NCBI GenBank assembly: GCA_951406725.2
Contig: OX597814.1
Location: forward strand, 145,266,001-145,330,000
Direction: 5' to 3'
Source of the DNA: Octopus vulgaris
Lineage: Eukaryota
DNA length: 64,000 nucleotides
The notes under the pieces are model-generated. The model worked only from the letters and a program-made list of their open reading frames with translations. It made no database searches and had not been told where the DNA came from. Made by a program: the position numbers and the translations under genes. Positions 1-11,760 of the stretch are shown here, piece after piece; the stretch's first letter is position 1; every line of letters begins with the position of its first letter.

Positions 1-118
1 CTCATCTAAGCAAGTAGCTGGTTGTGAGTACACACCATTGATAAGAGACGCATCTCTTAGGTTTCTTCACTGAAACTATAAGCAAGGACATGGGCTCATT
101 TTAGATTCACCAGTTCGC

Positions 119-169
119 GTTCTAAAGGCTGACGACAAACAATAAGTTGAAAGACGGGTTTCTTAGAAC
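119..169 (+). ncRNA. Degenerate type I hammerhead-like motif, probably in a PLE terminal repeat
   Basis: GTTCTAAAGG-CTGACGA-caaacaataagtt-GAAA-gacgg-GTT-TCTTAGAAC. Helix I arms pair with one bulge; helix III is degraded. Confidence 0.45.
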
Positions 170-354
170 CGCTTGCACTAATGAATTGAATGTGCTATGA
201 ACACATAGTTGTCATAAAGGAGAAATTATCCTCTTGTGGCATGTACAATAATGATTATCGTATTTTTATTCGAATCTGCTGGAATGTGTACAGAATAAAT
301 ATAAAAGTCATCGTTTCAGATCTGGGTGTTCAATATTCAAATGATGATTTATGT

Positions 355-417
<63 letters not shown>
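355..417. repeat. (TA)n(TG)n compound microsatellite
   Basis: Directly visible. Confidence 0.95.
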
Positions 418-419
<2 letters not shown>

Positions 420-499
420 AATTAAGCATATTAGCTTTACAATCACTGGGTTTTGGGAGAATTTCCAATTGTGGCATCTTGGGCAAATATTTTTTTTGC

Positions 500-620
500 C
501 TCACACCACTTCTTGACAATCGGTGTTGGTTTGTTTATATCCCCCATTTTGGTGGTTCGGTGAAAAAGAGTCCCATAGAATAAGTACCTGGGTTAAAAGA
601 AATAAGTACTGGATGTAAAA
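500..620 (+). mobile_element. SINE family B, 3' fragment
   Basis: cttgacaatcggtgttggtttgttt...ggttcgg...tagaataagtacc matches the fuller copy at 27690-28104. Confidence 0.65.
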
Positions 621-701
621 GATAACGCACACACACACAAACATGTGTATAACTACACCCTTAGCCTTTCCCACAACATATTATTCTATATGTTACATTT
701 A

Positions 702-918
702 CGATAGGTTGCTGAAAAGTTCCTGGCCTTATGGTTATCACGAAAATCCTGACTGAGATCCATCCTTCCGAGTTTTTTTTTACAGGGCTTAGAAAAGCGG
801 AAGGAACGCTACGATAAAATGTGAATTTGAGAGGGAAATATGTTGAATAAAATCATAATTAACCGATCCTCCTATAATTTCTTGTACTTAAAATCGGGAA
901 CTTTTTAGCACACCCCCA
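702..918 (+). mobile_element. Mariner-derived MITE / internally deleted mariner
   Basis: Imperfect TIRs (cgataggttgctgaaaagttcc / ggaactttttagcacacccccA) flanked by TA. Interior keeps a transposase C-terminus-like remnant (FFLQGLEK..ER...). Confidence 0.7.
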
Positions 919-1125
919 TATAAATAAAATATTAAATAGGAATTTTTTATTTTCTCAGGTGCAAGTAATTCTATGCTTTTTTGTTTTTGGTTAAAGCTTC
1001 ATAGACATTTCGATAAGCTGCCCTTGTAGCGCTTAGCCAATATCAGTACATCGTCATTCAAGTAGCATAACTCACAGTATCTACCATCTGCCTCAATAGC
1101 ACAATACACTTATATAATTATGACA

Positions 1126-1487
1126 CAGGGCTGGCTGAAACGTTAGCACGCCGGGTGAAATGCTTAGCGGTATTTCGTCTGCCGTTACGTTCTGAGTTCA
1201 AATTCCGCCGAAGTCGACTTTGCCTTTCATCTTTCGGGGTCGATTAAATAAGTACCAGTTATGCACTGGAGTGCATAATCGACTTAATCCGTTTGTCTGT
1301 CCTTGTTTGTCCTCTCTGTTTTTAGCCCCTTGTGGGTAGTAAAGAAATGGGTATTTCGTTCGTCTTTACATTCGGGGTTCAAATTCCGCCGAGGTCGACT
1401 TTGCCTTTCATTCTATGGGGGTCGATAAATTAAGTACTGGGGTTGATCTAATCGACTGGCCCCCTCCCACAAAATTTCGGACCTTGT
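1126..1487 (+). mobile_element. SINE family A dimer (tRNA head, Deu/Nin-like core)
   Basis: B-box-like GAGTTCAAATTCC and core GCCTTTCATC..GGGGTCGAT.AA..AAGTACC present twice. 22-bp TSD atacacttatataattat(g/c)aca at 1104-1125 and 1488-1509. Confidence 0.9.
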
Positions 1488-1705
1488 ATACACTTATATA
1501 ATTATCACATTATAAAGCGAATAGTCTCAACAACTCACAGCATTAAAAAATCGACAATCAATGCTGACACATATCGAACACCGGAATATAACTCATGCTG
1601 CACAATTGCCACCTAATAAAACGCAACCAACGTTATAGCTAAACCGATGCATACGTATCTTAATCAACATCCAACAAAGAAAAGTAAATGTCCGCAATAT
1701 ATAGT

Positions 1706-2320
1706 TGCAGACGTGGCTGTGTGATATGAAGTTTGCTTCCCAACGACAAGGTCCTTGATTCAGTCTCATTGTGTGGTGTCTTGGTAAGTGTTTTCTACTA
1801 TAGCTTCCGACCGACCAAATACGTGTGAGTAGATTTGGTAGACGGAAAGTGAAAGAAGCCCGTCTATATATTAATGTGTGCGTCTTTGTGTTTGTGTTTG
1901 TCCGTCCTCCCACCGCTTGAGAACGGTGTTGGTGTTTTTACGTCCCCGTAACTTAGCTGTTCAACAAAAGGAAGCTATCGATAGAATTAATACAAAGCAT
2001 AAAATATAGGTACTGGGCTCGCTTCGTTCGGCTGAAATTCTTCAAGACGGTGCCCTAGAATGGCTGTAGTCTAATGACTGAAAAAATTATTTTCTACTCT
2101 AGGCACAAGGCTCGAAATTTTTGGGGAGAGGTCCAGTCGATTAAATCGACCCGAGTACACAACTGGTACTTAATCGACCCCGAAAGGATGGATGGCAAAG
2201 TCGACGTAGACAGCGTTTGAACTCAGAACGTGAAAGCAGGTGAAATATCGCTAAGCATTTCGCTCGGCGTGTAAACGATTCTGCCAGCTGGCCGCTTTTA
2301 TGACTGAAACAAATAAAAGA
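1706..2320 (+). mobile_element. SINE family B, with a family A copy inserted in its tail
   Basis: Head gcagacgtggctgtgtg, core ggtagacggaaa.tgaaagaagcc, internal (TG) tract, tail ggtgccc.ag.atggc...atgactgaaacaaataaaaga. Confidence 0.8.
2084..2297 (-). mobile_element. SINE family A (short form)
   Basis: Reverse complement of the family A consensus. TSD atgactgaaa at 2074-2083 and 2300-2309. Confidence 0.85.
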
Positions 2321-2385
2321 TTGTGAAATGAGGGATAAACCTAAATAATATCATAACAAGAAATGGCCTTCGATGAAGATTGCTT

Positions 2386-2391
<6 letters not shown>

Positions 2392-2467
<76 letters not shown>

Positions 2468-2476
2468 GTGTGTATG

Positions 2477-2508
<32 letters not shown>

Positions 2509-2522
2509 TGTATGTATGTATG
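2392..2522. repeat. (TA)n/(TATG)n microsatellite
   Basis: Directly visible. Confidence 0.95.
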
Positions 2523-3307
2523 CCAGCGGGCTTCTCTTTTTCACCACAACAATACGTACAGAATTCTCATTGCCTAAATAAATGAGATCAGGGATTATTG
2601 GCATATTTTCAGGAATGTGCAGCCTTCTAAGTACGTTCTTCTAAGTTTCGCCTTGTTCGGTTGGGAAAATGATCCCAAAATGAAAATCTTCTATGATATT
2701 TATCATTTTTATCTCAGGTGATACATTGTTACAGATGTTTTTGTTATTTACCACCCTATATATAATTACAGTCATAGATATGCCACGGAGAAGCATATAC
2801 TTCTCGGTATTTTCCTCACCTCCGCTTCATCGATGTATTATGTATTACGTCCCCTTTATTTCTCTCTTATCTTACGTATCATGGACTCTCACTTTCCATA
2901 GATTATAATGGCTTGTAAAATCAGCTGGCGTACTTCTTGTACATGCAACGGATGGTTATATTGGATATTCTTTTCTCTCTATGCTTCTGTCCGAGTGCAC
3001 AAATAAGATCTCAAGATATAGTGACAGGATTCTGCTATAACGTGCAACCGAAACTCCGCAATTTAGTGTGTAGCTTTTGAAAACGATATTACCATATTAT
3101 ACACACACCCATGTACACTTACGCCCACAGATACACGCGCACACACCCATAGAGATATACAAACATACATACGTACATGCATACATACATACGTATGTAT
3201 GTACATGCGTATGTATGCATGTTCGTATGTATGTTTCTATATGTCTATGAGTGTGTGTATGTAATTGCATCTGTATGCGTATATGCTTACGTACATACAT
3301 ACATACA

Positions 3308-3338
<31 letters not shown>

Positions 3339-3457
3339 GATACTGCTGGTTTTATCCGGACCAGGTGGTCCAGTAACACACGTCGGTCAATCTTGTTGAC
3401 TGTGCTTAAAGCTACGGCTTGAAATATGTTCAGAGTGTTCCCCATTGATAACGGTAT

Positions 3458-3503
3458 TTCCCATTGATAACAGCTAAAGTGCTAGAAACGCTGCGTCTGG
3501 TAA
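3458..3503 (+). ncRNA. Degenerate hammerhead-like motif
   Basis: ttccca-TTGATAA-c-AGC taaagt GCT-a-GAAAC-gctgc-GTC-tggtaa. The core differs from CTGATGA at two positions; helices I-III are pairable. Confidence 0.4.
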
Positions 3504-6500
3504 GGGGAAGCATTGTGGAGATATGGTATTTACACACTTGTTACCATAAGAGATTTTTTTGTGCACGGAACATGTTGTGAATTTGCCGTAAGAAGTTGAA
3601 ATATGTTACAAACTAATCTTAACTGACCTAAAATTTGCTTATGGCTAATCACAGCCTGGCGCTGATGCTGCTGATGTGTTTATTAATTTGAGTGATTGTA
3701 TGTGTGTCTGACTACATATCCCTAGATACATACATTACGATTTTTAGTTATATAGCTTCAGTTGTAGAAATAACAACAGGGAGTTGTTGCAGTGGACCAG
3801 TACAATGTCCATAATTGTACGCTGAGTATACTTGAGGCTTTCCACCTTGAGTTTACTTAGAAGATGAAAAATGATGTAAGGAAATTTCATGGACTCGTTG
3901 GATTATCCTGGTGAATTTGAAACACCTAACTACGTAAGTTGCCCGCGGAAGAAGTTACCTATACACATTTATACTTCTACTCACTGGTGGGAAGAATAGA
4001 GGTGCAATGAAAAGGGTTGCTGGTATGTAACGTAAGTTTGGTGTTCGTTATGTGTGTATGGTTGAAGATGTATATTGAAGGGTGTCATGCTGATGGAGAG
4101 ACGAACTTTTAAAGTTGACAGATTATGAACTGCAAGTGGAATGCTGGGATATTCGAATTATTTCTCATGCATGTTAACTTTTTGAAAAAGAAGTGGAAGA
4201 GTGTCTGAAAGGGAAATGAACAATGCGCATGCATCTTTGTGTGTGAGTAGCTTAGCTTGTTCGTAGTTAAATTAACAGTATAGCGTAAATGCATGCAGGA
4301 TTGAAAATAAGTTCTCGTCAAAAATCGATTGTAAACACTATGGAGTTTTGGTGATATAGTTGTCTACAAACTATACTTACGTTAGGAGTTGCGCCGTCTA
4401 TCACAAGCAAGTGAATTTCTATGATACATTTTCTAACTTGGACATACTTATCTAGCAAGATATATACATATATCTGTAAACGATAATATATTTCGTTGCT
4501 GGTGAAGTATCTTTTCGATGTACTGTACATTTTAAACAAGTTTGAAAATTCTCCTCTGCTCTGGAGCACACTGTGAACTGATCCTCACTATTGGAATAAG
4601 TATAACTCGGTCGTCACCTATAAGAAAATACGACAATCATAAATAATTACACAATTTGAAGAATATTAAAGAAAATCAATGGAAGCAATAATGTGTTAAT
4701 TTCACAACTTCTATTTGCCTATTAGATTTTATATCACCGTTAGTGGCTTCGTTCAAGTTCATAATCAGAGATGAAAATAAAAGTGAAAGGAAAGTAGAAA
4801 TACAATACAAATGAAATTGTTGTTTTATGTTTATTTTATCAATTTCCCATCTTCTTGTCACGAAATTGATGGAATTTATATTTGCTTCTTTATTTCCTTG
4901 AAGCCATTATATTTTGCTATTATTTTTGGTATTGCTCGCTGGGAATTCATCGAGCATCATCGGCATATTTCGATTTCAACTTTGACTCCGTTTTATTTGA
5001 TTTCTTCGAATACTTTATTCGTAAATGGAAGTGAATATATATCTAAAGATTTCCATTTATAAGTCAATCTTGGAAACCGTTCCAATAATAGTTGCTTGAT
5101 TATTTTACTTGATGATTAAGATAGTAGACTTTATGTTTTCCCTTCACAGATAAAAAAAGAAAAAAATACAAAAGAAATATAACATAAACCCCGATAATGT
5201 CGAAACATTCTTTAAACTTAGAATGAGACAATTAATATTACAAGGCAAAACTATATACCAAAAGATGAACGGAATATCAAAGTAATGTAAAATTATTGAG
5301 ATAATTAAAAATGGAAACAAAGAAAAAAGTTAATTAGTTTTATTTGGTTATTGAAAATCAACTTATACATGAATAACATTAATTAATCATGGTTGTGAAC
5401 TGGCGGTAAATATCATTACAAAATCAATAAACCTGTGAAATGTTCGAAGGGAAATTAGCATTTTGGCTTTTTTCTCTCTATATTAGAAAACAAAATCTAT
5501 TAGTCGTTTCCTTAGAATACTAATTCATCTAAATTTGAATCGTTATTGTATTGGTTCTGTATTACCAATAAACTAATTGCAAGTTTCATGAGAGAAGTTA
5601 TAAAGAGAATTGTCAAGAAGAGGATATACTCAACAAACTTAACTGCTCAAGCAATTTTTAGACATCTTGTTTCAATTTATGATGTTTGAGCAATTATGAC
5701 AATTATAAAAATGTATTCATACAAAGCAATTAATATTAGTTATTATAAAGTGTGATGACGTTTATTATTAGATCTCTATTTAATAGAAGGAATTGCTATC
5801 GAGATATTCTAAAAGTTTCACCTGCTAAGAATCAGTTAAACCATCACTGGAGCTACAGCTTCTGTGATTAATTACGTTTGAAGAATATAATTAAGGTTAA
5901 CATTATAAAAGAAAAGTAATAAAATAACGAATACCACTTCATTAAATATTTACACATAATTTTGGAGGCTATTCTCAGATATTTGGGTTCACTATGACAA
6001 AAGTGTGAGGAGACTCTAAGTTACGTGATTAATGTATATTTCGTAGTGTATTAATAATAACATTAAACTTTCCAAGAAGTTTTTGTTTTTCTTTCTTAAG
6101 ATGACTTTTAAATTATCGAAAAATGAAAGTAGAATACTTAGAAATTTATAGAACGTTATTAGAATAATAATAAAACATACACTATAATCAACAAATTTAG
6201 GTATACTCGAACCATTGTTGTGGCGATAAACGAATTTCTGAAGTAAGGCTTTTAATTATTTCTAAATAAGTGCATTATAGCGTCGTTGATTACGTGTCTT
6301 CCTCACATCAATCTCTGATTCACCGACATCCTGCCTGCAAGAGGGATAGATAAGGGAAATTCTTATCTATCCCACGGTGTAGGGTAAATATCGCAAGACT
6401 CTTCCTTTGACGAGTACTGTTCTATTCAGTTTCCTCACTGACATTTATAGTCTTCATATAGCAATGTCTTAACGTATGCGCTCGCGCACACACATACACA

Positions 6501-6696
6501 TTCACCCATACACGCGCACACACCAATAAATTGGAAACGTTAGTACCGATGACAGGTATATTTTAAATATAGAATTATCATATACATTTCTGTTGACTTT
6601 TCCGCATTATCAATGGTCTTCTGAATATTTAAGGAGAATCATTAATAAATAAATATGTGTCTGAGTATGTGTGAGTGCGTGCACGCGCGTACAAAT

Positions 6697-6922
<226 letters not shown>

Positions 6923-6943
6923 ACTCATCTATAAATTGTGGCG

Positions 6944-7215
6944 GTGAAGACGCGTCACCCAGCGGTTAAAGTGTTGTATTCACGATCGCAAGAACGTGGT
7001 TTCGATTCCCAAACCGGCGGTGAGTTGTGTTTTAGTTCAAAACACTTAATTTCACGTTGACCCAGTCTACTGTGATGAGAATGGATAACTCTGCGACAGA
7101 CATGCTTTCCGTTCAGGGGGAGTGTTGGTCTACTCGACGAAGCAGTAAGATGGCAGAATTCAAAAACTTGAACAATTCGCGGAAGCGCATTGTGACAACA
7201 TCCCATAGCCTGGTA
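6944..7215 (+). mobile_element. SINE family C (tRNA head), degenerate
   Basis: gtgaagacgcg...ggtttcgattccc...ttgtgtt...acacttaatttcacgttg, similar to the copies at 42720 and 51070. Confidence 0.7.
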
Positions 7216-7379
7216 GATACAGTGATATATATATATGTATTCGGTGCGAATATTTTTTTATGGCGCCGTGATTTACAATCCTGTAAATAATAATAATAGT
7301 ATTTTTATATAAGCTTAAAGCTTATGGTGATCTCCGTGCAATGACTAAGGAAAATAGTCCAATAAAGGGGCATATAAGC

Positions 7380-7737
7380 CCTCGACAGAAAAAAAAGAAG
7401 AGGGCTTATATGCCCCTTTATTAGACTGTTTTCCTTACACATTACACGGGGATCGCCATTGGCTTTAGTCCCATTGTGTGACACCATGGGAACATGTCTT
7501 GTATTATAGCCTCGGGCCGACGAAAGCAATATATATGGATTTAAGGGAAACATATGTGCGTGTGTGTTGTGTTTCTCTTTATCCTCCCGTCACCGCTTTA
7601 CACCTGGTGCTGTTGCGTTTACGAGCGGTTCGGCAAATTAGACCAATAAAATAAATATAAGGTTTATAAGATAAGGCCTGGGCTCGATTTGTACAACTAA
7701 AACTCTTCAAGACATTGTTCCAGCATTGCCACAGTCA

Positions 7738-7740
<3 letters not shown>
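7380..7740 (+). mobile_element. SINE family B, degenerate
   Basis: tatagcctcgggccgac...gcggttcggcaaa...ttccagcattgccacagtc. Confidence 0.7.
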
Positions 7741-7770
<30 letters not shown>

Positions 7771-8244
7771 TGCATGCATGTATGTATATGAGTATTGTAA
7801 TTTTCTTGAAGGTTTTCAATGTGTTAGTAATGCAAACGTGCTTTTGTTTTTAAAAAATTCTCAACGTAATACTCTTGAAAAGTTTGGGAAAACCTGCATA
7901 TTGATTTCAATAAGTATAATCAAAGAAAAGATACTGAGTTGTCTGACATAATTTGTTTAAAACTTCTATTATGTACATGGAAATTTCTATCAGTAAGAAA
8001 ATGATTCGAAAGTTTAGAGTTTCTTATATTTAATAAGATTCCCCTTTATTAAATTTAAGAAAGGAAATAAGATCCCCCTTATCTAATATGAGAAAGAAAA
8101 GAATCCAAACTTTCCGAGTTTCTAATATTTTATCGTTATCAAATCTACATAGAATGGATAGTAGAATGTGATTAAATGAGGATTTGTGTTCGAATTCTCT
8201 CGTATTTATCGTGTTCTCCCTTCTTGGCTTAAACAGTTATTTAT

Positions 8245-8385
8245 CCAGAATTAAACAACACAGGGTCGTTATAGGGAAATTCGTCTCGAAACTCGCGCAA
8301 GATGGACAAAAAAAAAAAAAGAAAAGAAAAGAAAAGCGTCTCAAGGACACACTCAAAGCCTCATTGAAGATCTTTGAGATCACCT
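8245..8385 (+). mobile_element. RTE-clade LINE 3' fragment
   Basis: Translates GQKK...RLKDTLKASLKIFEI, resembling the RTE/BovB ORF C-terminus. Confidence 0.6.
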
Positions 8386-9329
8386 CTTATATCTACGTCG
8401 AAATATTAGCCGTATTACCATGTAATCACATCCTATTGTCTTATGTATGTATGTATATGTTTATACGTAGAGTGGTCAACGAGTGATTTGTACGTTGTAC
8501 ATAATACGAGATACCCATTAAATCTCTATGTACTGAAAAGTGTAGTGAATGTCTGGCTTTATTTTAAGTACAGTAGATTTAAATGACTACCTGTATTTAT
8601 TATAAGATGCTTATTTATTATGATGCATTCTTTTAAATAAATCACTATAAAAATGCAAATTGTTGAGTCAATGATTTCGAAATCTGAGTGAACATTAACG
8701 GGCCAGTGAAGAAAATCTGCAAACGTTATAATTGTAAATACTCTTGAAACGCGCAAGTTTCATGAGATGTAAATATTTTAGAACTAGTTATATCTCTCTC
8801 AGACAGAAAACATAAATGACTTAACTATGCTAAAGAAAAACGTTAGTTATACATACAAAGTGAGAGAATTACAATTTATCAATCCAGGTTATTGATTTAT
8901 TATTGTACCTCTAGACATATATAATACACAGTCTGAATATCAAACTTGTAAAGCTGAGTTTCAGACTAATAGATTTGGTTCTTACACTGCAATTTCCATA
9001 AGCCGGCGGAATTGTAATAATATGCAAAAGCATCCAAACGTCTTATTTTTAACGAATTTTTAATCATGACTATCTTCCCTTCAGCAACTCTTCTTCCATT
9101 ACTAACATGTACATCAACATAAATTGAAAATAAACAGAAATAATAATGAATACACACATGCAACATATCAAAATGATAAATGGTTATATAAATAAAACTA
9201 AATCAAATCTGAGAAGAATCCTTCAAGGAATATTTCGGTTAGATACACATAAATCATTGGAATTTGAAATAGAGAATAAAAAAAAATATGGATTATTCAG
9301 ATGAAGAAGTGTGGTGCCATGATCTTTTG

Positions 9330-9570
9330 CAAAGGCGGCAAATTGGGAGAGTCGTCAAATGTCGGGAAGGTTGCCTCCTCCCCATGGAATTCGTGTTGTC
9401 AGCGAACTGAGATCAAATCTCACCGAGGTCAATGTTGTCGTTATCCTTTCAAGTTCGATGTAAAGTTGAAATGTGGGGCGATTTATTGATGGAATTGTCG
9501 AACCGATTACCTTGCAGTATTTGTTCCGGCTCCTTGCGCTCTGCGTTCGAATCGCTCCGTGGCCTACAAC
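9330..9570 (+). mobile_element. SINE family A, highly degenerate
   Basis: aaggcggcaaattggga...ctgagatcaaatctcaccgaggtcaa. Confidence 0.55.
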
Positions 9571-10473
9571 GGTGGTAAACTTAATTTGACACTCCGTTTA
9601 GCAGCACCACTTGGAACATTGGGTGTCTTTTGTGTAATCTACTCTGTTGTAAACGTTTGGACCAGATCCTAGGCATGCATACGTGATTCTCTTCTTGTAC
9701 TAGATTCGGGGAATTGCCTTCCATCCTGTCTGAAATGTAAAAGATAAATCGAAGACTTTGCATGCTGGCATGAATATTTGCGTCACTGGACACCTTTAGA
9801 GACATACGTAGGATACGTGACGGTTTTAAATCCGGCGAAAACTTAATTCTTTCTCGCAAATATTAATATGCAGTATCATCTATCGATATCCATAGATGAA
9901 AATGTATACTGACACACAGAAATTGCAATATGTGCACACAATACATAAGAGGTTGTAGCATAGTGAATGGGAGGGACAAGATGGGAACATGGAAAAGCAA
10001 GAATTAAATTTAAATTCTAGGAGTATATTAATAAAATATGATGGTCGTTCCCAATTTTCGATGTATGAGTGTTTGAAGGATAAGAGTTAAAGATAAAAAC
10101 AAACAAAAACCTTAAGTAGTTGCATCTATTTGCGATGGATGTGTAAAATCAATTTTAGTCCGGGTATGACTTTTACTATGAACTCGCAATGGGGATATTG
10201 ACTTGTTTGATTTTGCCTAGGATTGGGCAAGCGGGTCTGTTGATTGTTCTTCTATTGTTCTTTTTCTTCAACTCAAATTGTTTAGATGCATCGTGACACA
10301 TTTTACGCCATGCGGATTGATCTAGGCAATGACTTTTCTAAGATGTCAGATATTAGTCGTTGCTTTAACTTATCCTTATACCCAAGGAGATATCTTCCTT
10401 TGGTGCGATATCCCTCCAGGTTATTTACATTATTTACATTTGACAGATATTTGTCCTCATCTTGTTTGTTGTT

Positions 10474-10519
10474 AATACAACGTTTCGGCTGATATACCCA
10501 TCAAACTTCATCAGGTGTC
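10474..10519 (-). ncRNA. Minimal type I hammerhead ribozyme with intact core
   Basis: GACAC-CUGAUGA-A-GUUUGAU ggguau AUCAGCC-GAAAC-GUU-GUAUU. The palindrome AACGUU replaces helix III, as in dimeric PLE hammerheads. Confidence 0.75.
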
Positions 10520-10568
10520 TTGGGGATTTTCCGAACCTGCTTACTCATTCCTGAGGTAATTTTGATGA

Positions 10569-10600
<32 letters not shown>

Positions 10601-10602
<2 letters not shown>

Positions 10603-10674
10603 ATCACTGCCTGGAATCAAACTCGGAATCTTGGGGTTAGTAGCCCGCGCTCTTAACCACTACACTATATGCAA
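10601..10674 (-). other. tRNA-derived (Pol III promoter-like) head inside the pLTR
   Basis: A-box-like TAGTGTAGTGG, anticodon-like arm GGG-CTACTAA-CCC, B-box-like GAGTTTGATTCC, followed by (AAT)n. Confidence 0.7.
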
Positions 10675-10832
10675 GTGGAGTGAACTTTAGGGCTTATAAA
10701 TCTAATATTTTCCTATCCTTCCTTAATACCGGTTCCCATATGCGGTTCATATCTACTGTCGGTCTGATTAAGAGGTTGTTGTGTCCTAGCATATGTGCTG
10801 CTTGTTTCAGTTTTCGAATTTTTCAGTGGTGA

Positions 10833-10907
<75 letters not shown>

Positions 10908-10911
<4 letters not shown>

Positions 10912-10982
10912 TCAGTGCTTGTAATCGAAGTCAGAAACCTGGGGTTAGTAGCCCGCGCTTTTAACCACTACATCATATGGGC
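10908..10982 (-). other. Second copy of the tRNA-derived head
   Basis: gcccatatgatgtagtggttaaaagcgcgggctactaaccccagg...ttcgatt, followed by about 75 bp of (AAT)n. Confidence 0.7.
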
Positions 10983-11204
10983 AATTATTGAGTGAATTTT
11001 AGGGCTTATAAATCTAATTTTCTCCTATCCTTCCTTAATACCGGTTCCCATATGCTATTCATATCAGCACTCAGTCTGCCTAGGAGGTTGTTGTATCCTA
11101 GCATATGTGTTGCTTCTTTCAGTTTTCGTATTTTCCAGTGGTGTTCTCTGTCTATTACTTTAACTTCATCTCTTAAATATAGAACTGTATCCCTCCACTT
11201 GTTG

Positions 11205-11400
11205 GCATACAGAAGAATTTTCGGAATGCGGTCAGGTTTCATTCGAACAACATGTCCTACCAATCTGCACCGAATTCTCATCAGTATGCTTTGCATACTG
11301 GAGATATCACATTTTTCTAAGATTTTGGCATTGAACATCTTACCTTGCTATTTTATGTTGCATATGTTGCACAAACAGCACATATAGAAAGTTTCAACTT
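11205..11400 (-). mobile_element. RTE-clade LINE fragment
   Basis: NAKILEKCDISSMQSIL...RLVGHVVRMKPDRIPKILLY motif. Confidence 0.7.
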
Positions 11401-11554
11401 TCGTCATATGTGTGTTGTAAGGAGTCTCTGATTCTGCTCTATACAAAAGCCTGCTAAGGGAAAGCGTGGGTGGTTTAGCGCTTAGATAACCAAACATAAA
11501 AATATACACGAACGGCCATAAAAATTTAAGATCACATGTGAGGATATAAAGAGG

Positions 11555-11760
11555 CACCAAGCGGCCTTTAGGTGACCGATTCACCCCTTAGAAATAGTAT
11601 TAAAGTGCACTAAAATCAAAACCTAGTTTTAAAAAGAACTCACATTTGACAACATGATACTGGTTGAAAAAACTATGAATAATATTAGAGATGGGGAATG
11701 CTGGAGCCACTTTTATCATAGATCTGCTCCTTTAAGGTTGATGTGAAGCTATAGAACAAC
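11555..11760 (+). mobile_element. Short interspersed repeat (family E), degenerate
   Basis: ccgattcaccccttagaaatag...atcatagatctgctc...aacaac. Related pieces at 21180-21480 (-) and in the 43730 hairpin. Confidence 0.45.

Larger units (their letters stand above)
10420..11205 (-). mobile_element. Penelope-like element 3' end / pLTR, two partial tandem copies
   Basis: GIY-YIG C-terminus-like DEVKVIDREHHWKIRKLKEATHMLGYNNLLGR...WEPVLRKDR* (11006-11200), repeated at 10690-10830. Each copy is followed by a tRNA-like head and (AAT)n; the distal copy carries a hammerhead. Confidence 0.8.

Noticed and set aside
940-970. 6-nt microexon (tttctcag GTGCAA gtaatt)
   Set aside because: Such signals are expected by chance in AT-rich DNA, and no host gene is evident.
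3600-4560. Penelope RT remnant on the minus strand
   Set aside because: Only vague similarity (YFTSNEIYY); too degraded to support by eye.
10601-10674. Genuine tRNA gene (anticodon ACT)
   Set aside because: The acceptor and T stems do not pair properly, it is followed by (AAT)n and embedded in a repeat. It is a SINE-like head.
11006-11338. 110-aa ORF appearing to fuse RTE and GIY-YIG sequence
   Set aside because: Chance in-frame junction of two unrelated TE fragments. Non-ATG start and no complete domain.
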